Assembly (NCBI GenBank): GCA_050011355.1
Contig: JBEKJG010000007.1
Span: forward strand, 30,756 to 94,755
From: Thermoplasmata archaeon
GTDB taxonomy: Archaea > Thermoplasmatota > Thermoplasmata > Lutacidiplasmatales > UBA184
Reading direction: 5' to 3'
Length of the DNA: 64,000 nucleotides
This document shows, in pieces, positions 55,091 to 64,000 of this stretch (positions are counted from its first letter, which is position 1; each line of letters starts with the position of its first letter). The notes under the pieces were generated by a model. That model was not told the DNA's origin. It did not search any database and was given only the letters and a program-made list of their open reading frames with translations. The position numbers and the translations under genes were made by a program.

Positions 55091-56587
55091 CTACCGCATC
55101 TCCGCGAGGCATATCTCGAGGAAGTCTAGCGCTCCCTCCGCGACCGGACCGGCGGCCGCCAGGTCGAGCCGGGCGTCCTGAAGCTGCCCGAACACCTGCT
55201 CCACCGCCGCCTCGTGCGCCACGGCCGCGTCCTGCAGGTCCCCCTCGTTGGCGAGCTGGGTCAACTGGTACGTTCCCCGCAGCTCCATCAGCTTCGCGAA
55301 GAGGTCGAGAAGGCGCAGACGTACCTGGGGGTCGGAGCTCGCGAGCCGGTGCTCGGTCTCGTCGATGAACCGGACCAGCGTCTCCGTCTCCTTGTCGTTC
55401 TGCATGCGGGCCTGGAGGAGTGCGAGGCGACGAAGGATACGGGTCTGCGAGCCGGAGGGGAGCTTCTCGACCTCGCCCCACGCCTGGAGGAGCGCCCGGG
55501 CCGCCTCGACGATCGCGCGGCGAGCGAACTGGATCCGCGCCTCCCAGTAGAGTCGGGTGACCGGGGGCAGCACGGGGGCGGCGCGCTGGAGGAGCTCGAG
55601 CGCGCGATCCGGCTGGCCGCCGAGGTACGCTTCCACGACCTCGCCCAGGGGACCGTACCGCTCCTTGAGGTACACCGGGGTGGTCGCACCGCCCGCACCG
55701 GCGATGACGTCCACCTCCAAATCCGGCGCTTCCGTGTAGGCGCTGGCGGCGCTCTGCGACGCGGAGTGGAGCCGGGAGACCGTCGCGTGCTGCTGGGGCT
55801 CCTTGAGCGCCCGGGCGGCGTTCGCCGCGTGGCGAGCGAGCTCTTCCGGATGCAGTTCCTCGATCGGGCGGTCGTCCTCATACCCGACGTCGATGAACGC
55901 GTTGACCATCTGGGCGAACAGCTGGGTGCCGGTCGTGACCTCCTGGTAGCTGAACGCGGCCGGAAGTCCGAGCTCGGCGGCCCGGGCCGTCATCTGGTCG
56001 AGGACCTGGCGGACCCGTCCCGCGTCGACGCCCTTGTCGCGCTCGTCCCCGCTCCCGATCCCGATGACGCGCAGCGTGAGGTTGGAGCCGGCCGGCAGGA
56101 GGTAGGGGACGAGGTCGACCCGGCCCGGCGGGACGGCCGCCTGCGCCGGCGCGCGGACATCGAACCGCTGCGACGCGTTGTCCCAGCCGTCCGTCACGAG
56201 CACGAGGTTCCCCTGGACGCCGCGGGTGCCCATCCGGAGCAGGTCCGCGCCGACCGCGAGCGCGTCCCAGATCGCGGACCGTCCGCTGGGCTGGAGGAGC
56301 GAGATGAGGTTCTCCACGTAGGGGAGGTTCTCCTTGTGGATCTCCCCGAGCGGTACCGGTGCGCGGACCGTTTCGGTAAAGGTGACGAGTCCGAACAACG
56401 AGCCGGAGTTGGCCGCATCCTGCAGGATGCGAAAGACGGCGGTCCGGGCGACCTCGACCTTCTGGTGCTCCCCCTTCTCCGTGCCGGGGTCGGGGAGGGG
56501 AGCCAGCATGCTCTTGGACAGGTCCAGGACCAGGACATTCCGTTCCCGCGTGGGGGTGACCGGGCCCCCTCCGCTGCCGTTCTCCAT
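55091..56587 (-). CDS. VWA-domain protein with C-terminal helical (TPR-like) region
   Basis: MIDAS LDLSKSM, SAIWDAL, LVTDGWDN, VIGIG; alpha-helical C-half. Confidence 0.88.
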   Translation of the reverse strand: MENGSGGGPVTPTRERNVLVLDLSKSMLAPLPDPGTEKGEHQKVEVARTAVFRILQDAANSGSLFGLVTFTETVRAPVPLGEIHKENLPYVENLISLLQPSGRSAIWDALAVGADLLRMGTRGVQGNLVLVTDGWDNASQRFDVRAPAQAAVPPGRVDLVPYLLPAGSNLTLRVIGIGSGDERDKGVDAGRVRQVLDQMTARAAELGLPAAFSYQEVTTGTQLFAQMVNAFIDVGYEDDRPIEELHPEELARHAANAARALKEPQQHATVSRLHSASQSAASAYTEAPDLEVDVIAGAGGATTPVYLKERYGPLGEVVEAYLGGQPDRALELLQRAAPVLPPVTRLYWEARIQFARRAIVEAARALLQAWGEVEKLPSGSQTRILRRLALLQARMQNDKETETLVRFIDETEHRLASSDPQVRLRLLDLFAKLMELRGTYQLTQLANEGDLQDAAVAHEAAVEQVFGQLQDARLDLAAAGPVAEGALDFLEICLAEMR

Positions 56588-56802
56588 ATCGAAAAGGTCT
56601 CCAGGACCGGGCGGAGCCGGACGAGTTCAGGGTCCTCCCCGAACGATTCCGCCGAAATGCACACCCCAATTACCGAGGGTGGGGTATTTGTTCCTTCCGC
56701 CGGGACGCCAACGACTTCGAGGGTGTTATCCGACATCCCCGGTCGGCGGTGGAGGTCCCGACCGGGGCGTCCCCGGACCGCTCCTGCCCCGGCGGAGCCA
56801 TC

Positions 56803-56810
56803 TTTATAAA
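56803..56810 (+). promoter_or_regulatory. TATA box of rps17e (likely leaderless mRNA)
   Basis: TTTATAAA ending ~24 nt before the ATG at 56834. Confidence 0.7.
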
Positions 56811-56833
56811 TCAGGGCGGGTGGGAGCGCCCAC

Positions 56834-57058
56834 ATGGGCAACATCCGCCAAACCTACATCAAGCGGGTCGCGATCGAGCTGATCCGCCATTACCCCAACG
56901 AATTCACCGGCGACTTTGCGGGGAACAAGCAGAAGGTCCTCGAGCTCACCGACCTCGGCCTCGTGGTGGACGGCAAGATGCAGGTCCATTACAAGAAGCT
57001 CGCCAACCGGATCGCCGGGTACACGGTCCGGTACGTGAAGCGGAAGCGCGGCACGTAA
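56834..57058 (+). CDS. rps17e: 30S ribosomal protein S17e
   Basis: MGNIRQTYIKR...FT.DF..NK...KKLANRIAGY. Confidence 0.95.
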   Translation: MGNIRQTYIKRVAIELIRHYPNEFTGDFAGNKQKVLELTDLGLVVDGKMQVHYKKLANRIAGYTVRYVKRKRGT

Positions 57059-57080
57059 GGGCGCCCGCGGCGCCGACCCG

Positions 57081-57746
57081 TCAGTCGAAGATCTGCAGGC
57101 CTTCCTGCAAGTGGACGATCTCGACCGGGGTCGTCGGGCGACCGACGATCATCCCCTTCGAGTTCGCGACCAGGCAGGCGCCCACGATCGGCACGCCGAA
57201 GTTCGCGGTCGATCGGTGGACCGGGACGCCGAGCAGTTCCTGGAGGACCTCGGCCTCCCCCTCGGTGGTCTTCGGGTGGACCACGACCCCCTTGTTGGTC
57301 GCGATCCCCGCCATCCCGACCGTCCCGAGCCCGGCGACCGTGCCCCGGCGGGTGGGAACTTCGAGGGCGCGACCGATCCGGTCGACCGCCTCCGCGGAGA
57401 ACTCCGGATGAACGAGCGCACCGTGGTCGTTGGCGAGCACGTTGTTCCCCATCGCGTTCTGTCGGTGGCGGACGACGGCCACGCGGCCGATCCCATCGAG
57501 CGAGTGCAGCTCCTCGTCCGAGAGGTCGTCCCCCACGACGAGCCCGTGGGAGTTCATCGCGACGAAGGCGCCGACGACCTCCGTGTCCAGCACCTGGGTC
57601 CGGATCAGACGGACGCCGAGGAGCCGCTCGACGTCGTGGGCGAGGCCCCGCGGTACGGCGCTCGGCGCGAGCGCGGTCTGCTCGCCCGCCTTGAGGTAGA
57701 CTCCGAGGTAGGGGCTTCCCCCGTAGAGGGTGCGACCGACCGGCAC
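57081..57746 (-). CDS. eif6: translation initiation factor aIF6
   Basis: SPYLGVY, GNNVLAND.GALVHP, GTVAG..TVG, TANFG...VGA. Confidence 0.95.
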   Translation of the reverse strand: MPVGRTLYGGSPYLGVYLKAGEQTALAPSAVPRGLAHDVERLLGVRLIRTQVLDTEVVGAFVAMNSHGLVVGDDLSDEELHSLDGIGRVAVVRHRQNAMGNNVLANDHGALVHPEFSAEAVDRIGRALEVPTRRGTVAGLGTVGMAGIATNKGVVVHPKTTEGEAEVLQELLGVPVHRSTANFGVPIVGACLVANSKGMIVGRPTTPVEIVHLQEGLQIFD

Positions 57747-57771
57747 GCGGGGGCTCTCCTGAGGAGCCGGG

Positions 57772-58074
57772 TCACTCCGCTTCCAGGAGGTCGACCTCGA
57801 TGAGGCCGTCCTCGAAGCGGATCGCTTTGACCCGCACCTGCGAGGGGATGTGCTGGATCCCGTGCTCCCAGACGTGCTCGTTGAGCCGGGGGTCGATCCA
57901 GACGTCTTCGGGCTTTCCCTTCATGTGGCGCACGACGAACCGCCGGACGGTGAGGAGCACGTGCCCGGCGCGGCGGCGTCGGGACGGCTGGTGCTGGCTG
58001 GCCCGGAGCGGGATCACGTACTCGCGCTCCAGCTCCTCCACGCGGCGCCCGGCGGCCGCCTTCTTGTTCGCCAT
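57772..58074 (-). CDS. rpl31e: 50S ribosomal protein L31e
   Basis: EREYVIPLR...RRA...RFV.RHMK...IDP.LNE.VW..GI...P..VRV. Confidence 0.95.
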   Translation of the reverse strand: MANKKAAAGRRVEELEREYVIPLRASQHQPSRRRRAGHVLLTVRRFVVRHMKGKPEDVWIDPRLNEHVWEHGIQHIPSQVRVKAIRFEDGLIEVDLLEAE

Positions 58075-58091
58075 GTTCGTGTGAGTCCTCC

Positions 58092-58250
58092 CTACTTGTG
58101 CAGGTGACCGCGCTTCCACGTGTGGCGCTTGGGGTGGCGCGTGACTCGGCGGTCGGTGCGCTGCATGACCCAGGCCGGCACCCGCCGGTTCTGCTTTACG
58201 ACCCGGAACAGTCGGACCTTCCGCGCGAGGCTCTTCCTACGATTCGCCAT
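58092..58250 (-). CDS. rpl39e: 50S ribosomal protein L39e (not in ORF track)
   Basis: [52 protein letters not shown]. Confidence 0.95.
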   Translation of the reverse strand: MANRRKSLARKVRLFRVVKQNRRVPAWVMQRTDRRVTRHPKRHTWKRGHLHK

Positions 58251-58265
58251 GCTACTCCCCTCGGT

Positions 58266-58616
58266 TCAACGACGGGTGATCTTGATCTCGCGCCGTTCGG
58301 GCATCACGCGCTCGAGCAGGGAGCGCAGGGTCTGGTCGTCGACCTGGCGCTGGAGCCGACCGGTGGAGGCGAGCTGGATGAGCTGCTGCTCGACGGAGTT
58401 CGCGACCTCGGGCTTGGCGAGCCGGATGCGCCCCAGGCGCTCGCGGGCCTCGGGCGTGAGGATCCGTCGGAGGATCTCGGCGCGCTCCGATTCGCGCCGC
58501 TGCATCTCGGCCTCCTGTTGGCTGTACGCCTGCGCGGCCCCGAGGTCCGGCGCCTGCATTTCCTGCAGTTGCTGGAGCCGGCGGCGTCGCAGCTCGTCGA
58601 GTTCCGCATCGGGCAT
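58266..58616 (-). CDS. PDCD5-family dsDNA-binding protein
   Basis: DAELDELRRRRL; ILTPEARERL.RI.L.KPE.A..VE.QLIQL. Confidence 0.93.
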   Translation of the reverse strand: MPDAELDELRRRRLQQLQEMQAPDLGAAQAYSQQEAEMQRRESERAEILRRILTPEARERLGRIRLAKPEVANSVEQQLIQLASTGRLQRQVDDQTLRSLLERVMPERREIKITRR

Positions 58617-58648
58617 TGGCCAACTCTCTCCGCCCCACCTAAGACTGC

Positions 58649-59104
58649 CTAGAGGTACTTGGCAAGTTCGGGCCGCTGTTCCGCAAGGATCTTCATCGTC
58701 TTCTGGGAGACCTGGTCGAGGAGCTTCTGGCCTTCGGGGCTGACCCGCCGGCCCATGTTCTTGTACGGCTTGACGAGGCCGGACTTTTCGAGCTGCTGGA
58801 CGATCTCGCGCAGGATGGCGCGGGAGCCGGACCGCGCATGGTAGGGCGAACTGCCCCGGTCGCGTTTTCCACCGTACTCGCTGGAGAGCCGCTCGATCCC
58901 GACGTGCCCGCTGATGTAGATCTTGCGCAGGACCGAAGCGCTGCGGAGGTACCACCAGTCCGGTTCGACCGGAGCCCGTTCCTTGTGCACGCCGGTCTTG
59001 ACGAAGGTGGCCCACGTCGGCGGAGCAACGGCCCCGCGGGTGCGGAGCTCGGCGGCCAGCGACGGGAGCAGGAGCGAGGGCGGTACGTCGTTCGGATGGG
59101 TCAT
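58649..59104 (-). CDS. rps19e: 30S ribosomal protein S19e
   Basis: PP.WA.FVKTG.HKER.P...DWWY.R.AS.LRK. Confidence 0.96.
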   Translation of the reverse strand: MTHPNDVPPSLLLPSLAAELRTRGAVAPPTWATFVKTGVHKERAPVEPDWWYLRSASVLRKIYISGHVGIERLSSEYGGKRDRGSSPYHARSGSRAILREIVQQLEKSGLVKPYKNMGRRVSPEGQKLLDQVSQKTMKILAEQRPELAKYL

Positions 59105-59130
59105 GGAGTGGCGCGCCCACCCAGCCCACA

Positions 59131-59138
59131 TATTTAAA
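59131..59138 (-). promoter_or_regulatory. TATA box of the rps19e operon
   Basis: TTTAAATA on the minus strand ~27 nt upstream of the ATG. Confidence 0.68.
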
Positions 59139-59288
59139 GTCAGGCGAGCGGAGCCGCCGACCGGACCCCGAAAGGACCGGAACGGGTGCCGTGGCGCCGG
59201 ACGCGGCGAGCGCTGAGAATCAGCCGCGGCCTTATCAAGCGGAACCGTACTGCCTGCTCCACGAGGCGGAGTCCGCCTCCGTCGTTCC

Positions 59289-59897
59289 ATGACCACCGCA
59301 GCGATTCTGCTCTCGGGAGGGGCTTCTCAACGGTTCGGCGGGTTCCCGAAGGCACTGCTCGCGACCGGTGAGCAGACGGCGATCCGTCGCCTGTCGGAGG
59401 TCTGCCTGGCCGAGGGGTATGACCCCGTCGTCGCGGTCACCGGGACGCACCATCTGCTGATCGCCCACGAGCTCCGGGGCCTCGATGTCGAGCTCGTGGA
59501 AGCCGAGGACTGGTACGAGGGTCGAACGGCGTCGGTCCAGGCGGGGCTGCGGGCCGTCCCGGAGGACCGCGACATTCTGCTGTGGCCCGTCGACCACCCG
59601 TTCGTCTCGACCCGGACGGTCCAAACGCTCGGCGCGGTCCGGGACGCCGACCAGATGGCCGTCTGGTTCATCCCCACGTTCCACGGCCGCGGTGGCCACC
59701 CGGTCCTGTGGCGACCGTCCCTCCGGTCCGACCTCCTGGACCTCCGGTCCGATGCGCCGCTCCGTTCCCTCCTGCCGGAGTTCGGCCCCCAGGTCCGCCG
59801 GGTAGCCGTCGAGGATGCCGGGGTCATCGCGAACGTCGACACCCCCGAGGCCTACCGGACGGCGTTCGATGAGTGGCGCTCGCAGGGGGCTCCCTAG
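59289..59897 (+). CDS. molybdenum cofactor cytidylyltransferase (MocA-like)
   Basis: LSGGASQRFGG.PKAL, PVDHPFV, GGHPV, NVDTPE; next to Xdh-family genes. Confidence 0.82.
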   Translation: MTTAAILLSGGASQRFGGFPKALLATGEQTAIRRLSEVCLAEGYDPVVAVTGTHHLLIAHELRGLDVELVEAEDWYEGRTASVQAGLRAVPEDRDILLWPVDHPFVSTRTVQTLGAVRDADQMAVWFIPTFHGRGGHPVLWRPSLRSDLLDLRSDAPLRSLLPEFGPQVRRVAVEDAGVIANVDTPEAYRTAFDEWRSQGAP

Positions 59898-59898
59898 G

Positions 59899-60744
59899 AT
59901 GGACCGTCGCCAGACGCGAGAGGCCCTCCGCCTTCTCGAATCCCACCAGCCGTTCGTTCGAGCCTCGGTCGTGAAGACGACCGGCTCGGTCCCCGGAAAG
60001 CTCGGCGCCTCGATGATCGTCCGGGCCGACGGTTCGACGATGGGCACGGTGGGCGGGGCCGCCCTCGAGGAGGAGGTCAAGGCCCTCGCCCACGGCGTAT
60101 TCGAGAGCCGCGTTGGGGACCTGCACCACTTTGACCTTCAAGCGTGGACCCCCGGCGGGCTTCCGAGCCTCTGCGGTGGGTCCGTCGAGATCGCGCTCGA
60201 GTACGTCGCGGCACGACCGAACCTGCTGCTCTGGGGCGGCGGACATGTGGCCCACGCCCTCGCCGCCCTCCTCCCCACCTTGGAGTACGACTACAGCGTC
60301 GCCGACGACCGCGCCGAATGGGTCGGGACGGAGCGGTTTCCGACGGCGGACCGGCGCGAGGTCGTGGAACCGTCGCGGCTGTGGGACGTCTTCGAGCCGG
60401 AGTCGTTCACCCACCTGTACCTCCTCGGCTACGATGCGATGAAAGACCTGGAGGCGCTGGCGGTGTCGGTCGAACGGTTCCCGAACGCGATCGGCCTGAT
60501 TGCGAGCGCGGCCAAGCGGGAGCACATGTACGCCAAGCTCCGCGAGCGCGGGGTCTCGCGCGAAGCGTTGGCGCGGGTCCGCTCCCCCGTCGGGCTGGAG
60601 ATCGGAGCGGAGAGCCCCGCCGAGATCGCCGTCGCCATCGTCGGCGAGATCGTGGCCGAGCGCCACCCGACCATCTTACGTACTTCGTCGCGTGATGCCC
60701 GCGCGACCGAGGGGTCGAAGAATGTCGTCACCCGGACCCCTTAG
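59899..60744 (+). CDS. xdhC: XdhC/CoxI Moco insertion chaperone
   Basis: GSVP...GA.M, GTVGG..LE, CGG, GGGHVA, SPVGL.IGAESPAEIA. Confidence 0.9.
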   Translation: MDRRQTREALRLLESHQPFVRASVVKTTGSVPGKLGASMIVRADGSTMGTVGGAALEEEVKALAHGVFESRVGDLHHFDLQAWTPGGLPSLCGGSVEIALEYVAARPNLLLWGGGHVAHALAALLPTLEYDYSVADDRAEWVGTERFPTADRREVVEPSRLWDVFEPESFTHLYLLGYDAMKDLEALAVSVERFPNAIGLIASAAKREHMYAKLRERGVSREALARVRSPVGLEIGAESPAEIAVAIVGEIVAERHPTILRTSSRDARATEGSKNVVTRTP

Positions 60745-61195
60745 ATTCCGGCTCAACGGCCACCCGGTCGAGGTGCCGGCCGAATCGGCCCGCATCCTCC
60801 TCGACCTCGTCCGCGACGACCTCCACCTCACCGGCACCAAGCGGGGATGCGACCTCGGCACCTGCGGATGCTGCACGGTCCTCCTCGACGGACGTCCGAC
60901 GCTGAGCTGCCTCACGCTCGCCCGACTGGTCGAAGGCCGGTCGGTCACGACCATCGAGGGGATCTCTCCCCCCCAGGGGCTCTCGCCCGTCCAGCGCGCG
61001 TTCGTCGAGCACGGGGCGACCCAGTGCGGGTTCTGCACTCCCGGCTTCATCGTCACGGCGACCGCCCTGCTCCGCGACCACCCGCACCCCAGCCGGGACG
61101 AGATCGAGCGGGCGATCGGCGGCAACCTCTGCCGCTGCACGGGGTACACCAAGATCGTCGAGGCGATCGAGGCGGCGTCGAAGGAGGCCGCCTGA
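60722..61195 (+). CDS. hcrC: 2x[2Fe-2S] subunit, HcrC-like
   Basis: GTKRGCDLGTCGCC...SC; QCGFCTPG; GNLCRCTGY. Confidence 0.85.
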   Translation: MSSPGPLRFRLNGHPVEVPAESARILLDLVRDDLHLTGTKRGCDLGTCGCCTVLLDGRPTLSCLTLARLVEGRSVTTIEGISPPQGLSPVQRAFVEHGATQCGFCTPGFIVTATALLRDHPHPSRDEIERAIGGNLCRCTGYTKIVEAIEAASKEAA

Positions 61196-63519
61196 TGGCG
61201 TCGACCACGCCGCCCGCCTATCGGCTCCTGGGAACGAAGATCCCCTACGTCGAGGGCCCCCTCAAGGTCACGGGGCGCGCCGAGTACACCGACGACATCC
61301 AGCGGCCGGGAATGCTGGTCGGCCGGTTGCTCCGAAGCCCCTGGGCGCACGCGAGGCTGCGGTCGATCGACGTCCGCGAGGCCCGGGCCGTGCCGGGCGT
61401 CTTTGCGGTGCTGACCGGCGAGAAGTACCCGACCCCGTTCGGCGTGCTTCCGATCACCCACGACGAGACGGCGATCGCCGTCGACAAGTCCCGCTATATC
61501 GGGGACATCATCGCCGCCGTGGCGGCCGCCGACGAGCGGACCGCCGAGATCGCCCTCGGCAAGATCAAGGTCGACGCCGAGGTACTTCCGGACTACTCCG
61601 ACCCTCGGGACGGCACCGGGCCCGTCACGGAGCAGATCCACGCCCGGGGCCTCCTGGGGTCCAACGTCCAGAAGGAGGTCGTCCAGCATTTCGGGGACGT
61701 GGACGCGGCGTTCGCCCAGGCCGCGCACCGGGTGCGGGTACGGGGGAACTTCGCCGGAGTGACGCACGCCTTCACCGAACCGATGGCGACGATCGCGGAG
61801 GCCACCCCGGACGGTCGGCTGACCGTGTGGAGCGCGACCCAGGTGCCGCACTACCTCCACCGCTCCCTCTCCGAGGTGCTCGGGATCCCGATGCACCGCA
61901 TCCGGGTCATCAAGCCGGAGGTCGGCGGCGGATTCGGTGGGAAATCCGACCCGCTCCCCCACGAGATCGTCTGCGCCGCCCTCGCGATCGAGACCGGTCG
62001 GCCCGTCAAGATCCTCTTCGACCGCGAGGATGTCTTCCTCACGAACCACGGCCGACACCCGACCCAGAACGACATCCGCATCGCGACCGACGCGGACGGG
62101 ATCATCCTGGCCTACGATATCGAGGCGTTGATCGACGGAGGCGCTTGGAGCTCGTTCGGCACGGTCACGACGTACTACAACGGGGTGCTCTCGATGGGTC
62201 CCTACCGTGTCCCGAACTTCCGGTACCGGGGCCGCCGGGTGTACACGACCAAGCCCCCCTCCGGGGCGATGCGCGCCCACGGCGGCACGAACCTCCGGTA
62301 CTCGATCGAGGTCGCGCTCGACCGGCTTGCCGAGGAGACGGGGATCGACCCGTTCGACCTGCGCGACCGGAACGCGCTCCCGCCGAACTCGACGACCGTG
62401 AACGAGTTCCGCATCACGTCCACTTCCTTCCGAAAGTGCCTCGCCGCCGCGCGCCAGAAGAGCGGGTGGGACTCGAAGTTCCGGAAGCTGCCCTACGGCC
62501 GCGGCGTGGGGCTCGGCTGCGGGTTCTACATCTCGGGGTCGAACAGCCCGATCCATTTCACCCCGAAGATGCCCCAGTCGACGGTCCATCTCAAGGTCGA
62601 CATGGACGGGGGGATCGCCGTCCACTCGATGCAGGCCGACATCGGCCAGGGCTCCAACACGCTCCTCGCGGTGATCGTCGCCGAGGTTCTCGGGGTCTCG
62701 CTCGACCGGGTCCACGTCCAGCGGGTCGACTCGGACGTCAGCCCGATCGACCTCGGTTCCTATTCCAGCCGGGTGACGTTCATGATGGGCAACGCCGCGC
62801 GCTCCGCCGCCGAGCAGCTGAAGGGGTACCTGCTCGCCGCCGCGGCCGACCTGCTCTCCCGACCGGTCGAGTCGCTCGAGGTGGCGTACGAACGCATCCA
62901 GGTCCGCGGCGAGCCGGCGGTGGGGGTCCCGTTCATGGACGCGCTGCACAAGGCGATGGAGCGCTCCGGGGCGCTCACGGCGAGCGGCGCCTACAGCACC
63001 TCGGCCGTGGGCGGGAAGTTCAAGGGGGCCCGGGCCGGCACCGCTCCCGCCTATTCGTTCGCCGCGTACGTCGCCGAGGTGGACGTGGACGTCGATACGG
63101 GCGCATACCGGGCCGTCAAGGTCTGGGCCGCGTTCGACTGCGGCCGGGCGCTCAACCGCCTCGCGGTCGAGGGTCAGATCGAAGGCTCGATCCACATGGG
63201 GCTCGGCCAGGTGATGGGCGAGTCGATGAACTACCGCGGGACGCGGCTGATGAACCCGTCCTTGCTCGAGTACAAGATCCCGATGCCCCAGCAGATGCCC
63301 GAGGTCGAGATCCTCCTCGTCGGGGACGACGACCCCGGCGGACCGTTCGGGGCGAAGGAGGCCGGCGAGGGCCCGCTGATCGCGATCCTTCCGGCCGTCG
63401 GGAACGCCCTCTACGACGCCCTGGGGGTGCGGTTCACCGACCTGCCGATCACGCCGGACCGGGTCCTGAAGGGGATCGACCAGCGCCGAAAGGAAGGCCG
63501 CCCGTGGAAGGGGGCGTAG
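61195..63519 (+). CDS. hcrA: molybdopterin subunit, 4-hydroxybenzoyl-CoA reductase alpha-like
   Basis: VGGGFGGK, GAMRAHG, DLGSYSSRVTF, AKEAGEG; xanthine oxidase family with HcrA-type signatures. Confidence 0.8.
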   Translation: MASTTPPAYRLLGTKIPYVEGPLKVTGRAEYTDDIQRPGMLVGRLLRSPWAHARLRSIDVREARAVPGVFAVLTGEKYPTPFGVLPITHDETAIAVDKSRYIGDIIAAVAAADERTAEIALGKIKVDAEVLPDYSDPRDGTGPVTEQIHARGLLGSNVQKEVVQHFGDVDAAFAQAAHRVRVRGNFAGVTHAFTEPMATIAEATPDGRLTVWSATQVPHYLHRSLSEVLGIPMHRIRVIKPEVGGGFGGKSDPLPHEIVCAALAIETGRPVKILFDREDVFLTNHGRHPTQNDIRIATDADGIILAYDIEALIDGGAWSSFGTVTTYYNGVLSMGPYRVPNFRYRGRRVYTTKPPSGAMRAHGGTNLRYSIEVALDRLAEETGIDPFDLRDRNALPPNSTTVNEFRITSTSFRKCLAAARQKSGWDSKFRKLPYGRGVGLGCGFYISGSNSPIHFTPKMPQSTVHLKVDMDGGIAVHSMQADIGQGSNTLLAVIVAEVLGVSLDRVHVQRVDSDVSPIDLGSYSSRVTFMMGNAARSAAEQLKGYLLAAAADLLSRPVESLEVAYERIQVRGEPAVGVPFMDALHKAMERSGALTASGAYSTSAVGGKFKGARAGTAPAYSFAAYVAEVDVDVDTGAYRAVKVWAAFDCGRALNRLAVEGQIEGSIHMGLGQVMGESMNYRGTRLMNPSLLEYKIPMPQQMPEVEILLVGDDDPGGPFGAKEAGEGPLIAILPAVGNALYDALGVRFTDLPITPDRVLKGIDQRRKEGRPWKGA

Positions 63520-63524
63520 GTCGG

Positions 63525-64000
63525 ATGCACCTCGACCCCTTCGAGCTCCACCGACCGTCGACCGTCGACGAGGTCGTCCGGCTCTCGCACGACCTCGAGG
63601 GGCGGTTCGACTACCTCGCCGGGGGGACCGACCTCCTGCCGAACTACAAGATGCACCTCAACCTCCGTCCGCACCTGGTCGCGCTCGAGGATGTGGAGGA
63701 GCTGCGGGGCCACTCTCTCTCCCGGCTGGGGGCGATGGCGCGCCTTTCCGACCTCGAGGCCGACCCCGAGCTCGGAGCCCACTACCCCTCCCTCGCCTCC
63801 GCGGTCCGCGAGGTGGCCACTCCGCTCGTCCGCGCGAGCGGCACCGTCGGGGGGAATCTCCTCGTCGAGACCCGGTGCTTCTTCTTCAACCAGAGCTACT
63901 TCTGGCGGACGAGCCTCGGATACTGCCTCAAGGCGGACGGGGACCGGTGCCACGTCGTCCCGCAGAAGGAGAAGTGCTATGCCACCTTCTCCGGCGACCT
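63525..64000 (+). CDS. hcrB: FAD/[4Fe-4S] subunit, HcrB-like (3' truncated by window)
   Basis: AGGTDL, GTVGGNL, and the insert TRCFFFNQSYFWRTSLGYCLKADGDRCHVVPQKEKCYATFSGD with four Cys. Confidence 0.82.
   Translation, partial: MHLDPFELHRPSTVDEVVRLSHDLEGRFDYLAGGTDLLPNYKMHLNLRPHLVALEDVEELRGHSLSRLGAMARLSDLEADPELGAHYPSLASAVREVATPLVRASGTVGGNLLVETRCFFFNQSYFWRTSLGYCLKADGDRCHVVPQKEKCYATFSGD

Noticed and set aside
53913-55481. N-terminal extension of the 1567-aa ORF
   Set aside because: Off-frame shadow of the GTPase and VWA genes; the real start is at 53912

Overview
High-GC archaeal DNA, most consistent with Thermoplasmata. The evidence is aRF1, aIF6, S17e/S19e/L31e/L39e, a DUF5611-type gene, a CoaD with a YjjX-like tail and 'GLPxGxxWSV..NGT' surface repeats; finer taxonomy cannot be read from the sequence. 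Layout: (1) core trxA and aRF1; (2) tRNA-Arg(CCT) at 4468-4542, followed by a variable island (~4.5-26 kb) of short genes; (3) accessory surface and metabolic genes (two GH-A surface proteins, two YVTN propellers, a DUF3494 ice-binding protein, a GltD/NfnB-like flavoprotein, pirin, GH15); (4) a long minus-strand block with a VWA + TRAFAC GTPase + GAP1/DENN-like coiled-coil trio, coaD and a triple-AIM24/zinc-ribbon operon; (5) ribosomal protein genes; (6) mocA-xdhC-hcrCAB-like genes running off the end. The island holds at least seven divergent 2-TM + PH-like paralogues separated by copies of short repeated sites, a perfect 16-bp inverted repeat carrying the start codons of two divergent genes, HicB-like/RNase H/RHH genes and several decayed genes. 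No integrase is visible in the window. The two best candidates for an undescribed system are the repeat-delimited cassette array of 2-TM/PH-like genes and the VWA-GTPase-DENN-like/coiled-coil operon. All family calls come from reading motifs by eye, with no database searches; several start codons were re-picked by hand.
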